64,000 nucleotides of DNA from the NCBI RefSeq assembly GCF_026571515.1, contig NW_026852123.1, positions 372,001-436,000 of the forward strand. Reading direction: 5' to 3'. The translations under genes were made by a program, and so were the position numbers. The notes below the pieces were generated by a model. The model was not told where the DNA came from. It saw nothing but the letters and a program-made list of their open reading frames with translations, and searched no databases. Positions 13,356 through 26,919 of the stretch are shown piece by piece (within the stretch, counting starts at the first letter, position 1; every line of letters begins with the position of its first letter). Origin of the DNA: Ruditapes philippinarum. Taxonomy: Eukaryota.

Positions 13356-15099
13356 GGAGATGGCTTATAAGAGATTCTAGCGTGACTAGTGTCTAAGTGT
13401 GAACAGCACTAACAGCGTTCATGCTTGCTTGGTCATTCAAATAGATATTGCCTATATTCTTATTTCGTTACAAGCCCTTTAAAGTTGATTTAATTGCGTA
13501 ATTGATTACTTTGAAAATCCATTACAAAGATCATCAAGAGCATATTTTAAACGAATATGTTACGTGTCGACTGCAAATCACAGATAGATAAACCTTTCTT
13601 TATCTGCACACCGTCACAGCTATTACTTTTGATATAGGTATTACATTAAATCATTATCTGAGCAATTACACATTTATATGCCTGAATATATTAAAGAATG
13701 AACCAAAATTTCGAATTCGGTTTCTCACACACCCCTCTGAATTCGATTCCTTAAGAACATTTTCAAGACAGCTTAAGCAGATGTACGTTTTTAAATCAAA
13801 CTGGTAATTTTTGCATAAGACTAGATGTAATCATAATTGTTAAATAATAACTGGTTAAAGTATTTATCCCCTTAAATACATGAAGACTTCATCCTTTCAT
13901 ATTCTCTTTAATATCCCCTCCCTTTTTAATTCAACTCTGCCTTTAATTGCATCTTTCAGTGTTCACGTGTAAATTTTATATTGTGGTTTCAATATGTTTG
14001 CTGCCGTAGCTAGTATCACCTTACCTGCTTATTGCTTTGCTCGTCTTTCTCGTTTATTGCTTTATTTCTGTTTGGTGCACTACCTTGTGCTTTTCCGTGG
14101 TCGTTTGGGCATAGATGCTGTAAGTGGCGGGGATCTGCATTCCATGATAGTCTTTGTTCGTTCTTGATCTTTGTCTTTATAAGTTTGACAAACCGCAATG
14201 TTTAATACTACCTTCGTTTAGTGACTGTCATTTAGTTAGTATAATTTTATGAGAAATTTGTTTATCCACTTTTTGTTAGGCCGACTTTTAGTTGTTATTA
14301 AGGAGATTTAGATACAAAATAAAAAGAGAATATACCTATGATATCTTCTTTCAATATCATTTAAGGTAATTATTAATATAAAGAATATATAAAAAAAGAA
14401 GTGATTTAAAAACTTAAATGAAATTGTTTGAAATCTTACTTTTCGTCTATCATTTTATCGAATAACTGTTTATTGTATAACAGTCTGTTTATGTCAAATC
14501 ATCGAAAAATATATAAAAAATGAAATTTATTGTGATATTATGTTCTTTTTCACGCTTAACATAAAATGTTCATAACATGCTGCTATATCTTGCTAACAGT
14601 GAAAGTTTCAATCAAATCACTTGATTGATCAAAATTGATCAAAATCAAAACACATCAACTCTCAATGCTACACGAATTATCTTGATTATATAACATAATC
14701 TTGTATACAGATGTTTTGTATCATAGTACGGATTGGATAAAACTATTGCGTTTCTTGAATTCGTCAATATCTATTGAATCTTCATACCATTTTATAAGAA
14801 TGATACATATCAATTTAAGATATTTCCGAAGGGGTCAACTGACAACAACAATTGTTTAAATGTTATGTACCACTTGTTAAAGTGGCTGATTGAATATAGA
14901 TTGCAAGGGAGTTACATTGAATGTCAGAAGTTCGGCATTATGCCACATCAAAATGAGTTTGCAATTTTCACATTAATATTTTCGTTTACATTTCACTATA
15001 TCCCCTTTTCCGAAGTTTGTTTGTATTTGTTAATTATGCTTATCATAATTACTCAAATTATAAAACTTAACAAAAACTTTCGAAAACGAAGATGATTAA

Positions 15100-15260
15100 T
15101 GTCAGATTGCTGCATGACAACGCGTCATCGCACTTGGCGTCTGTAGTGCAAAACTTCCTGATACAGAAAAAGATGTTGTGCTGCCCCGTCCTTCGTATTC
15201 ACCTGACCTTGTCTTTTGGGAATTCCTTTTTGTTTTCAAAGCTAAAAAATACCTTTCAGA
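15100..15260 (+). pseudogene. Mariner (DD34D) transposase remnant, frameshifted
   Basis: LLHDNASSH in one frame, VVLPRPSYSPDL in a shifted frame, then FLFSKLK. These are the mariner HDNA..H, YSPDL and FLF..LK motifs in the expected order. Confidence 0.8.
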
Positions 15261-16371
15261 CTAAACTTTTGTTCAGCGCAAATAGTTCGGGTCACGTGGG
15301 TAGATTTTACAGTCGCCAGCAGACTAACGGTTATTCTTTCAAAAAACCTATATCAGTGGACGGGGTAGATAGGAAAACATTTACTTGGTCTTGAAACTAG
15401 AAATAGTACTAACATTTCGGCCAATAAGTAAGAAAACCGTAGGACACTTTATTGCAAATATCTCCTTATAAACATTCTCGGAATCTGATGAAAGAACGAT
15501 CGACGAGCTTCTCTAAATAAATGGAGTAGATTCATTTTTGGAAATTTTGGGTACAAATATTTGTAACAAATTATGTCAAATAATATCAAATTGAGAAGAA
15601 TACTATAAATGTTATGTAAGTTTCTTTTCAAAGTCGTATTTCAAAACAGTTTACCCTTAAATGAGCATTGCTTTCGGTAGTGTTTTTGTGTTTACCCTCC
15701 AAATACATTATTTTGTTTTCAAAATGTTTCTTACTAGTCTCTTAACAAGAATAAATTAAGAAGTTGGCGTAGGAAACAAAAGAAACATATCTTATTTATA
15801 TCCGTATTTTAGAGCTTTCCGCGAGAAGTTTGCAAATAGTGTGCAAAAATTTGTAAAACAATCACTTTAATCTAAAATCATACAATACGTTACGTTGCTT
15901 TTCATTTTATCAACAATGTTAAAATTGTACTTACACAATACAATCGCAAAAGGTTAGTAAATGAGAATTTGTTGCAAACACATAAAAGCTTGGAAAAGCT
16001 TAATAATGCCTGTTTCAAATAGATATCACCTTCAAGCCGAGACTGCACAACGTTTGGTGTGTTTTTAAGGATTCCGTTTTACTTTATTTATATCTTTGTA
16101 ACGTTGTGTTGTTTTAGCCGACTTTTTTGTACAGTGTTATTTGGAAATAAGAAGGGACAATAATTGGCACTGCAAAAACTGTTGGCCAACCCATTTTCTT
16201 GTCTTTGCTATATTGTCCTTTATACATATATGTTTTGCAATAAAGTTTGTTACTTTAATCAGCTGCTGTATGATGGTACATCTCGACAATTGTATCTGTA
16301 TTGACAATAAAAGTATTTGCATCTTTATCGAATTATATTCTTTGGACACATTGCCAGAGGTTGTCAATGTA

Positions 16372-16590
16372 AAACGTGGCCGGGTGGTTAACGCGCCGGA
16401 CTAGTATACTAATGATTGCAAGCTGCATGGGTTCAAACTCCTTCAGGGGCAAGGCGTTTATTTTTTTAGCGAATACCTTTACACTCGTTGCTCTGCACTG
16501 GTTGGTTCCATGAACGGATTCGAAAGTGTGTCTATTAGCTTATAGCTTCCAACACAATCGAATTGAAATAAATATTTATAACCAAAACGT
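16372..16590 (+). mobile_element. tRNA-derived SINE (family A; central domain possibly Meta-type)
   Basis: A box TGGCCGGGTGG, B box GGTTCAAACTCC, body ACTGGTTGGTTCCATGAACGGATTCGA, A-rich tail. Four copies in the window. The domain assignment is from memory and unverified. Confidence 0.72.
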
Positions 16591-17058
16591 GAACGAAATG
16601 AGAATATCTATTTATTTGACTTCAGGAATTTGAAAATGTAGAATATATTTTGCAAAAATACAACGTTTAAAAAAAAATACAAACGTTTTGATAGAAAGTG
16701 CTCTCTTTTTTACAAAAACGCAAACAACAAGAGCATCTATACCTGCAAAAATGTAAATGATCAAAGCTTTCTATTGATATATCATAAATGATTTGGAATA
16801 AATATAGTACTGTATAGTTTTTCTTGAGCAATCATATCAATGGATTACCTAAACGTTTAAAAATTAAGCTTGAAGTTTCGTCAAACAAAATTAAGCATGA
16901 GTAGTGCTATACTATTGAAGCCATTCTTGTCGCTAAATAAAATATTTACAATTTTATGGTTTAATGGTTAAATATTTGTATTGAAAAAAATGCAAATAAA
17001 AGGGGTGAGGTTAATAAAAGAAATAAATATTGGACGGATAAGATAGGTTGTTGTTTAA

Positions 17059-17372
17059 AGCAACGCGCCTTCAGATGATGTTTTTATATTTGAATTTTTA
17101 ACAAAGAAATATCATTACATGTAAAAGATAGTCTTTATACAATTTATCATAACAGCCATTATCTTTTTAAAAATGCTTTCACCGCGATACAAACACACAT
17201 TTATTTAGCTATTTTGCATATTTCAACATAAATTACGTAACTGATGTACTTTGCTGGTGCCTGATGCTAGTTGAAAATACCCTTTGGTTAACTGGGTAAA
17301 ATAATTTTAGTGTTATTTTCATGCACTTTCTAAATGTTTATGAAACTAATTTCAATCTAGAGGCGTGCTACT
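17059..17372. mobile_element. Kolobok-like MITE with TTAA TSD
   Basis: TTAA|AGCAACGCGCCTTCAGAT ... ATCTAGAGGCGTGCTACT|TTAA, imperfect TIRs. Related ends near 27310, 45224 and 51990. Confidence 0.55.
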
Positions 17373-18229
17373 TTAAACTCTATCACAGTTTTGCTTATTG
17401 CTCCTACAAAACTCTCTCAACTGACATAACAAATGGTTTGTATGAATCAACCGTCTTCATTGATATTACATAGCGTCATATACCATCTTGATCTAGCATT
17501 ACCTAGTGTCAAACAAGGTGACGATTGTCATCGCTCAAATAATGTCTTGCATGACCGAGTTGTTTACTTATATGTGTGCTTACATCGAAATCTCCCAATG
17601 ATGTCACAATGTGGATAAATCCTTCCTTGTCAGATGGAACAATGTTCTTGTTGTAACAAATAATCACTCTCAACTTGCATAATTAAAATTTTTTTGTAAT
17701 CTTTTGACAACCCTAATAGTTTTCACCATTCATTTTCGATAATGATATTAGTTCTCACGCAAATTTCTCAATTAATGAAAATACACATTTAATGCCACCA
17801 AATTTACACAATGTTGATTCGTTTCTTAACATAACTTCAAAGGCGTTGATAGTTTTGTCCACATTTATATGTAGTATTTGTCCAGCATTCTATACAATCC
17901 ATATGTGCATGTACATGTATTTACAAATGCTAAGAATATGTACAAAGAGACGTAACAAATATACAGTCTGTGAAAGAAACACCCGATTTTAAATTGTTCA
18001 TTAGTGATATGAATAGAAACAGTCGTCTTTTAGATGAATTGTTTAGAAGGAGGTCGTGTTATACTAGTAGTTGCCCTCATTAGAGTATGAAATGTAAAGT
18101 TGTTGGGCAATCTGTATTACTGTGCACTATTATGTTTTTGCAAATCGTGCACACATTTCAGAAGAAAATAGTTTGAATACGCATCATAGAAAAGAGAAAG
18201 AATTTGACACTTCAAGTGTCATGAATTCT

Positions 18230-20104
18230 TTACTTCTTTTCAAACATATGGAAAATTTTCCCGCAGGCGAAACAGCATGGTTCTATGCAACATTGGCATA
18301 TGGTCTCGTGCAATCTCTTGAAAACACTGCAGTTGATCTGGAACATGTGCAAACAAGGTGTGATAAACCATACATGGTAGAAAGCGACCTCTGCGAACTC
18401 ACATCCCCAACTTGCTGCTATACAAATACCACAGCACAGTGTGCTAAGCTTGTAACATAAACCGAGCCAAAGGTTGAAGCACGTGTATGACAGCTTCCAT
18501 ACGCAATCAATACTGTGAGCATTTTCGGGTTCTCCTATAACATCTTCAAAACAGACCTGGAATAAATCAGACGTATTAGTGAAAAATATTCATTTTATTG
18601 CAATGATGCAATGGCATGTTTTGGAACCACAATAACAATTTGATAATTTTAATTTTGCGCAGCCGATAACATAAAGAATAACGTTTTCTGCATTGGACTG
18701 ATGATTTTGTGTAATGTATTTGTCCTCTTTGAATTTGGAACAGTACTTTCAAAGTAAGAGGATTTTAATAGCAAAATGCAAAACCAAAGTTTTAAACAGA
18801 ATCGTGTATGGTCAGATTGCGCGGATGCACTGACTTGCCTTGCCATTGGTGACAAAACTAATCACTTTTGGTTGATAGGTTAAGAGTTATTTACTTCGAC
18901 TGTTGAATGTGTCGCCCTTCGATTCATAAAAACACATCTGTCTGAATATGAACATCAAAATATAATGCTAGTGTTGATGTCTTATGCATGTTCATGTATC
19001 ACTAAAACTAGTCGCGATATCACTAATATCTTGAATCTTAAGAATAGTAACTTACTAATTTATTGTTTCTTTCTTAGAAGATATTTACGTCATCTAATAA
19101 TTTTAGAGTGCGCAATATAAAACATGTATCCATTTTTAAAAAACATTTAGGAACCATATAAACATTTGTTGACCATGTTTCATTAGTTTCAGTAATTCAT
19201 TTGCTTATTTTGAATTGACTTATTGCGCATTTTACTTCCAGAAATTAGAGTTATCACGTTAGAAATATAGTCTTTATGCGGATATTTCCGTGAGCTTTCG
19301 GCAATATAGATATATTCTTTTGATTGAGCTTTATGAAGAAAGTTGTTCATTCAAGATATATTTACATTAAAAAGAGATTTGTTTTATGTCTTGAATGCTT
19401 AATGTAAATGTACCTTTTTGTAACATTTACATCTGTTCTGCAGAATATAAAATCCAAGCCTGCAGAACGAGGAATTCAATACATTCCGAGGATTTCTGCA
19501 GATATAAATTCAAGGGGAAAGGTGCATTAGTGCTATTCTTGCATAAACATATTTTCTTCGTTTATGTACAAACTTGCATGCGAATTTTCATGAAAGATTA
19601 AAATTTTTTTAGTTTGTAACAATTAGAATATAACAAACAAAATCATTCAAAGAAAATTTTGTCGCAATTGTTTATATGACAAGTGTGTGTGCGTTGTGAT
19701 AACTTTTGAACATTTATTTTTGTTGCTGTGGTAACAAAATTTTATTTTTTGAATTTTAAAAATTAAAAAAAAAAAAAAAATCTAAATCTTGTTTGCTTTT
19801 GCTTGTTTCGGCATTATTTGATTATGAAGATTGAATGTTCATAAGGTTTTTTATGTTTAAAAAAGCGAATTATTTCTTTTATTTATTCATTCATATTTTA
19901 ATTATATATATTTATCTTGATTATTTTAATTTAAACATTATTTTATTTAGATATTTATGAACGCATCTTTGTTACCTTTACTTAGGAGATTTGATTGTTC
20001 TGGAAAAAAACTCAAGAGATATCATTCCTTAATTAAAAAAAAGTGTTAACCTTTAATCCTGCATTAAGATCATTGGGATCTCTCTGTTCTAAATCCACTG
20101 CCAT
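18230..20104 (-). CDS. cav: Caveolin-like protein copy 4, 126 aa; exons 20104-20051 and 18556-18230
   Basis: Exon 1 MAVDLEQRDPNDLNAGLK|GTTAAC. Exon 2 VCFEDVIGEPENAHSIDCVWKLSYTCFNLW...GKIFHMFEKK*, open, 327 nt. Confidence 0.92.
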
Positions 20105-20253
20105 TTCTGTTAGTGCCTCAAATTAAATTCCAAACAATTTTTATCACAGGGAAAAAAAGAACGGACCCAACCGTCGGTGTTGAGTGTACTTCAGAAACTG
20201 ATGCCGAGAATGTTGTTTAGTAAACAGTAACAGTAGTTCTAGGTAAATAACCA

Positions 20254-20282
20254 GTTTCCAAAGATACAGTTTAATTATTGAT
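20254..20282. promoter_or_regulatory. 29-bp X-box-like + ATTGAT element upstream of copy 4
   Basis: GTTTCCAAAGATACAGTTTAATTATTGAT, 150 bp from the ATG. Confidence 0.6.
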
Positions 20283-20459
20283 GACTAGAGATTCTAGCGT
20301 GACAAGTTCTAATGTGTGAACAACGTTCATGCTTGTTTGGTCATACAGGTAGATAAAATACAAGTAGTTATTGCCTAGTTTATTGCCGCGACATTTTAAA
20401 ATTTACAATTATTTGAGCTATTGATCTGTATGGGAACGACTTAATATGATTGATATCGA

Positions 20460-20830
20460 TTAACATCATCATGATAATCGTTTCCATCATTTGTTTTTTA
20501 CTTTTATTTACCATTTACATCATTTTCACAACATTAACTTCTACATTATTATCAGAGTCATCATTATCATCGTCGTCATCTTTTACATCGATATGATATT
20601 ATCATCGTCGTCATCCTCTACATCGATATTATCATCATCATCGTCGTCGTCGTCGTAGTAGTAGTCACTACCATGAGCAACACCAGAATCATTATCATAA
20701 TTCCTACCATCACCATCATCATCATCATCACTTTAACATCCATCTGTATCATTATCAGAAACTTCTCCTTATTCATCATCGTTGCCATCGTAAAGGTTGC
20801 CGTCGTCATCGTCATCAAGATAACAATCAA
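20460..20830. repeat. Degenerate (ATC/GTC)n trinucleotide region
   Basis: Runs of CATCAT/CGTCGT; explains the spurious Met-rich ORF. Confidence 0.85.
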
Positions 20831-22090
20831 CAGAAGTCGCCTGTTTTATTAATATTCTTCCACAATGTTATGTGTTGTTGTTATTCTTTTTGCACATATC
20901 TAGCTGTGTTTTATGAAGAAAATATCATTTTTAATGTCAAGGTACAAAACAAATATTGAAGACTTGCGATATAAAAACCATTTGGGTGTATATATGACTC
21001 CAGTGTAGCATTTTAGCCAAATTCGTTAATTTCCGTAATATAACTAATTTACAACCCTTTGAGTGGATCAGAGTCAAAGCGACGCATAAAACATTTTTGT
21101 ATAATCGAAACAGCGATAAAATATTTCGAATTATAACGAACTTAAAACAGAATCGAGCGTGGACTTAATATTGTACATATTTTCATTGGTTACAATAGAA
21201 ATAACACGTAAAACACCAAAAACAAACAACTCTCAAACTAATTTATTATCTATATAAACGTTCAATCTGATACACATAATAGAATTAATCATAAAAAAGA
21301 AAAAAGAAAACCAAAATGCAAATTTGGAACATCTGCGTACATCAATAGATACCAATAAAGATGAAAAAGTCAAATAAACAAACATTTTATACTGAACAGT
21401 GAAACGATCAAGATGTGTTCGTTATATCCGAGTTTGCCTAACTATTATAATCAGTAGTATGTTATAGTATACAAGTTGTCTTTGTTTTGTGTAGTAAATC
21501 GATATGTACGATTAATCCAGGATTCGACACATCCGTGTCATTTTATTGCGATCATCGTGTTATAATAATATTTATCAGAATCATATTTCTCGCAATAAAC
21601 ACTTAATATTGTACATGTTCAATTTAAAAAGTTCTATAAAAAAAAATAGAGAATTGATGATATCAAAATTTACCAAATAAATACTGGTATCCAAAAAAAA
21701 AAACAATAAGTAATAACATGTTACGCGTACTGTCTAACTAAAAGAACAAGAGGCTATGAATTTGAGTAAATTCAAATACATGTACATGTATGTTGCATGT
21801 AAATATGGACGGATAGGATAAGAGTCAATGTGTATATAATATCACAGTACTGGCCTATTTATTTATAGACTATAATAATCTTAAACATATATTTTAAACA
21901 TTCATTTAACATAGTTGTTATTAATACATAATATTATATCAAACAATAAGTAACATTCACAACATTTGGACTAACTCTTTTCACATATAAAACGAAAAAA
22001 AAATCTAAGGTGAGTTGGTATTAAAACACGACCTTGTAACAAATGATCAGTTCGTAAAAAGATTAAGAAATCTGCATTCATTGCTACTGC

Positions 22091-25000
22091 TCAATTTTTC
22101 CCCAAATGCTTGAAAACGGTTCCGAACGCTTCACAGCATGGCTCAAGACAACATCCACAGATGGTTTCATGAATTTTCTTCAGTACGGAACAGTTGATCT
22201 CTAGCATGCGGAGAAATGGGGTTATGAACCAAATATGGTAAAACGCTGTCTCGGCAAACTCACACGCCCACTCGGCAGCGATACAGATGCCAAAGCAAAG
22301 GGTACTGATTTTGTATGTGAGGCCCAGCCAGCACGTAAAGCACGTGTATGATAATTTCCAGACACAGTCTAAACTATGAACGCCGTCAGGTTCTGCTAAA
22401 ACATCCTCAAAAGCAACCTGAAAATAAAAAAAAAGTTATACTTTATAGTGTTTCAATAAAAAATCTATGCAGCCAAAAGTTTTCGACACCATTATCATTA
22501 TCATAATGATTAACAACAACATCATTATTATCAACATTATTATTCCTTATGATGAATACAATATTCCATGCAGTCAATGATTAGCACTTTTCATCATCAT
22601 CATTATCATCATTAACATCATCGTCATTATCAACAACAATAATAATTATCAACAGCAATAATAATATAATCATCAACAACATTTTATATTTTCATAATGA
22701 ATAAAATGTTCCATACAATCAATAGAATGTAGTTTTTATCATCATCGTCATCATTAGCATCATCATCATCAACATAAATAACATTATCATCATCAACAAC
22801 AACATCATCATCTCCATCATCAACAACAACAACATTATCATCATCAATAACAACAACAACATTGTCATTCTTTATAATTATTTAAATGTTGCGTGCAGTC
22901 ATAGTAACCAGTTTTCATCATCATTATTATCATCATAATCATCAGCAGGAGCATCATCATTATCATCAACATCATCATCATCGTATTCATCAAAAACAAC
23001 AACAACATAATTATTGCTACTAAGACTAACATCGTTATTGAAGCATATCTGAATATATACATTGCTGAAGCCAATTATATTTATAGAGTTTGACATATAT
23101 CAACAAAATGATTCAGCATTAATATGTGTTCATGCATTCAATAATTCTTCGTTTATCTAATATATAATTATCTAATTCTGTCATATTAATGATAGTATAT
23201 TGTTAAAACACCGACCTCTTTTAAGGTCAATAATAACTTATGCAAGCAGCTTAAGTGAAAACCAATAACTTATAGGAAAACATGTATTACTATCGTCGCA
23301 CGGGACGATTCGTGCTTATCTTAATTGCCTATCTCTGTGAATGTACGTGAAACTCGTGCAATATTAATGAGGTTTTTCCTCTTTACCTAGCTACATTGTA
23401 AACAAAGGTAAACATTGTAAACAATGCGTCCCCAGAGCCTGGTAAAATTCAATACGCGTTACTTTTACAACTTTCTCTCGTTTTACATAGCCTATTTGGG
23501 AAAAGAGTATTACTTTTTAAGTTCAACTGAACATTTCCGACCATGTTTTAATGACCATGTAGTAAAAGTTGCTAGTAAATGGCAGATATTGATTTAGTCT
23601 GTAATGAACTAAATTTAAGAAAACGATAAGTTCTGTCTCTTTTTGCAAATGATACAGTATATCATGAAAAAGTTTTCATTATACCCCTTAGATTATGCGG
23701 CATGGCAGTGTAATATAATATGATTACGAATTAAATAAGGTAAAAATCAAACTCGTAATGTTTTTATCTTAAAAAGCAATAATGGCAAAAGCTATCATAT
23801 CTATTTTATTTGAGATTAATCCTTTACATTTCTTGTAGAATGGCAAGAACTATCCTTTACATTTTATTTTTCGAATGACCAATGAAATTCCCAGATTTCA
23901 ATTTGTAATTTAAAATGACAAATGAAACTTCTTCTTAAAAAATGATTTTAGATGGCCTACGGCTAAAAAAATCCTTCATACAAATTGCATTTATAAAAAT
24001 ATGAATATTCAGAATAAATGGCAAACAATATCATACTTAAGTCCGATGAATTATTGATCTATCGATCCTATCAAACTTTTATATATAGTTAATGATGGTA
24101 TATTGTCAATAGCTCAAAATATTTTATATCTTGGAAATTGCGATACCAAACATGCGTTCTGGTTAGGTTTCGATGTTAAAGTATCATGTTACAATCGATG
24201 ACATGGCACAGTTTTGTTTTCAACTATACCAGATAGATTGGAGAATCAATAATTTGTTAGCAGAACGCGTGTTTACTTGATGACGCTTATCATTAACGGT
24301 TAGTTCTAATAAAAAAACCTTTATAATTTAAAAAACGTTATATTTAATTGCGTAAAATGGTTATTTTCGATTAAATGTCCATTATGCCCCAGAATGCTTT
24401 CATTTTCATTTCTCGTAAGCTTTTTATTTTTGTGCCAATGTTATAGTTATTATATTTGCCCTTTTCTAAAGGGTGAAAAAAAATCAATTCTAAGGCATAA
24501 TGTTCCTTTTTTGGATACCAAAAGGTACGGAAGAGTATACTGACCCCCCTTATATATTTTATATGCCTGTTTAAAATACGACGATACATGATAACAACAT
24601 TGTTCGTCATGGTTTTTTAAAAGTTATATATATATAGTTCATATTGATCTTTTCTGTTTTTTGGCTACTATACTGTTAAAAAAACGTATTATAAACTTAA
24701 GTCTTTCTTAAGACCTTACTTTTATTTATAATAAATATGTTTTTTCTTCTTTTCATTGAAATTCTACCTCAAGAAGCAGACGTTTTCTTCGAGTAAACGC
24801 TTTTATTTATTTGAAAACAGTATGTTTTCGAGGCATTATTTGTTTGACAGATATAGAGATGATATAATCATATATAATATATATATTCTTAACCTGAGTT
24901 TTTAGCTTAGATGATGTTTTATATGTTTCGTAAAATAAGTTGATCGTTATGATAACACGCTTGCGGTACACGAGTATTATATAAAAGATTATAATTTGTC

Positions 25001-26327
25001 TGATATATATTATAATTATATAAATGGTATTAAAACTTTGAGTAACTTATACTATAAATATTTCTTACACCTTTTTCAATAATTATACATGTTGTTTTTA
25101 TATCAAAACGAGAAAAGGGCCATTTAATATTACAATAATAGATGATACCAAGAGAATCTAATTTAATTTATAAATTCATACATCTTTTTTCATGAGAATT
25201 ATATGATAAAGGCTAAATTGTACAACTTCTGTATGTTAAGAAGAACGTTCTGTTCTCTTAAATTTCCAAATATCATCGAAGAAACAATGCATATTTGTGA
25301 TTTATGGTGTATAATAACAGATAAAACTCTGCAAGATCTACTTTAGATATCATATAACTTGTCATTTTTTAAAGATATGTATTATACAAAGGTTTTTTTT
25401 CTTGAAGGCATAAAAAATATATAAGGGGGTCAGTATACTCTTCCGTAAAAAGATATTTCGAACAATCATTAAGACTATGTTATCTTCACCTTATTGCTCT
25501 TTTAGTTTTAATGTTTCTAAAATAAGCAAGTTAATTCAAATTATCCACAGTCTTCATAATAATGAAACTGTCTGCCTTGTGTTTTAAGGTAAATCCAAAG
25601 ATAAATTTACTATTTTGGAGGTACATTAACGTTTAGAAATGAATATATTGTTTTCTTCTTTAGAAAGTGCAAATATGCGTTTTATACTCTTTTGATAATT
25701 TATTTAGATAATTTTGGCGGGTAAGAAGCGCTGAATGTACAACAATTCGTCATAAAAGTAGTCATATGTAAATAAGTATTATTTTGACTTCCATACAAAA
25801 AAAAACAAAATTACGATATCTTTACTAAAATTCAAAAATGAAAAAAAAAACAAAAGATGGTTCGGCTATATGATCAATAGGTAACATTTTTGGAAAGTGT
25901 TAAGGACACCAAAAATAAGAAGAAAGTTATTGTGAAATAACTGCAATGTCATATTTTTGGCTTTGAAAACTTTGTTTTTCAATATAAGATAGAAAATTTT
26001 CTTTTTTCTTCTCAAAACGAGTAGTGTATCTATTCATTATAATTTCTAAATAAGTACATTTTTCTAAAATATATATATAACAGAAAAATATATAATTCAA
26101 TAATGTATTCTTCCTTACGACTAAAAATTGAAATGTTTCTTAAATTCTAACACATTCTATGATATTTTTTGAAAAACTATAATATAAAAGTGTAATGACT
26201 GCTGCTTTTTTTCAATGATAATGATAAAAATTGTACATGCATGTCGAAATTAAAAAACTGCAGGATTTACCTTTAAATGATCGTTAATGTTGTTTGGATC
26301 CCTGTTAACAACGTCCACTGTGTCCAT
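22091..26327 (-). CDS. cav: Caveolin-like protein copy 5, 127 aa; exons 26327-26271 and 22417-22091
   Basis: Exon 1 MDTVDVVNRDPNNINDHLK|GTAAAT. Exon 2 VAFEDVLAEPDGVHSLDCVWKLSYTCFTCWLGLTYKISTLCFGICIAAEWACEFAETAFYHIWFITPFLRMLEINCSVLKKIHETICGCCLEPCCEAFGTVFKHLGKN*. Intron 3853 nt. Confidence 0.92.
22490..23010. repeat. Degenerate (ATC/AAC)n trinucleotide region in the intron of copy 5
   Basis: Runs of CATCAT/CAACAA. Confidence 0.85.
23785..23960. repeat. Short ~33-bp degenerate tandem repeat, related to 34480-34645
   Basis: ACTATCCTTTACATTTTATTT...AATG[AG]C units at both loci. Confidence 0.6.
24526..25447. mobile_element. Non-autonomous TIR element, 922 bp, TAC..GTA ends (IS3EU-like)
   Basis: TIR TACGGAAGAGTATACTGACCCCCTTATATATTTT at both ends. 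Flanks AAAAGG/AAAAGA (5 of 6 TSD match). Confidence 0.75.
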
Positions 26328-26449
26328 TTTGGTTAACTTAACAAAACTGACCAAGTACTACAGAAAAAGTGGAACCTTTGGGAGTGACCGGATAAATGCC
26401 GTACTTCATATGTAACGGCTGATATTAATTCGGAAGTTGTTATTACCCG

Positions 26450-26478
26450 GTTACCAAAGAAACGGTTGAATAATTGAT
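26450..26478. promoter_or_regulatory. 29-bp X-box-like + ATTGAT element upstream of copy 5
   Basis: GTTACCAAAGAAACGGTTGAATAATTGAT, 123 bp from the ATG. Confidence 0.6.
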
Positions 26479-26784
26479 ATGCTGCCGATCTGGCGGTCAT
26501 TCAGGATGGACATTGTCATTGTTTTCATTGTAAGAAACTGGGATACTGACCAATCAGGATATCGATATTCATTATGTAACACTGAAATATGTCCTCATGT
26601 TTACAGACTTTCGTTACCTTGCAACGATAAATCTGTAATTGGTAATTTTATTAGAAATGTACTTTTCCACAAGTGACAAAAACGTATATACATGTAATTT
26701 TATGTGTTAGTTAGTCCTTTCAGCTCATAAACAGACCACCTTAGTCTATTGTACGAAATAGTATTTGGGAAAAATTGATGTTTT

Positions 26785-26919
26785 NNNNNNNNNNNNNNNN
26801 NNNNNNNNNNNNNNNNNNNNNNNNNNNNNNNNNNNNNNNNNNNNNNNNNNNNNNNNNNNNNNNNNNNNNNNNNNNNNNNNNNNNNNNNNNNNNNNNNNNN
26901 NNNNNNNNNNNNNNNNNNN
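26785..26919. other. Assembly gap (135 N)
   Basis: Run of n. Confidence 0.99.

Noticed and set aside
20618-23096. Met-rich and Asp-rich ORFs
   Set aside because: Translations of degenerate (ATC)n microsatellite.
24030-24085. Possible relic extra exon 1 in the long intron of copy 5
   Set aside because: Only faint resemblance; stops in frame, no ATG, no NRDP.
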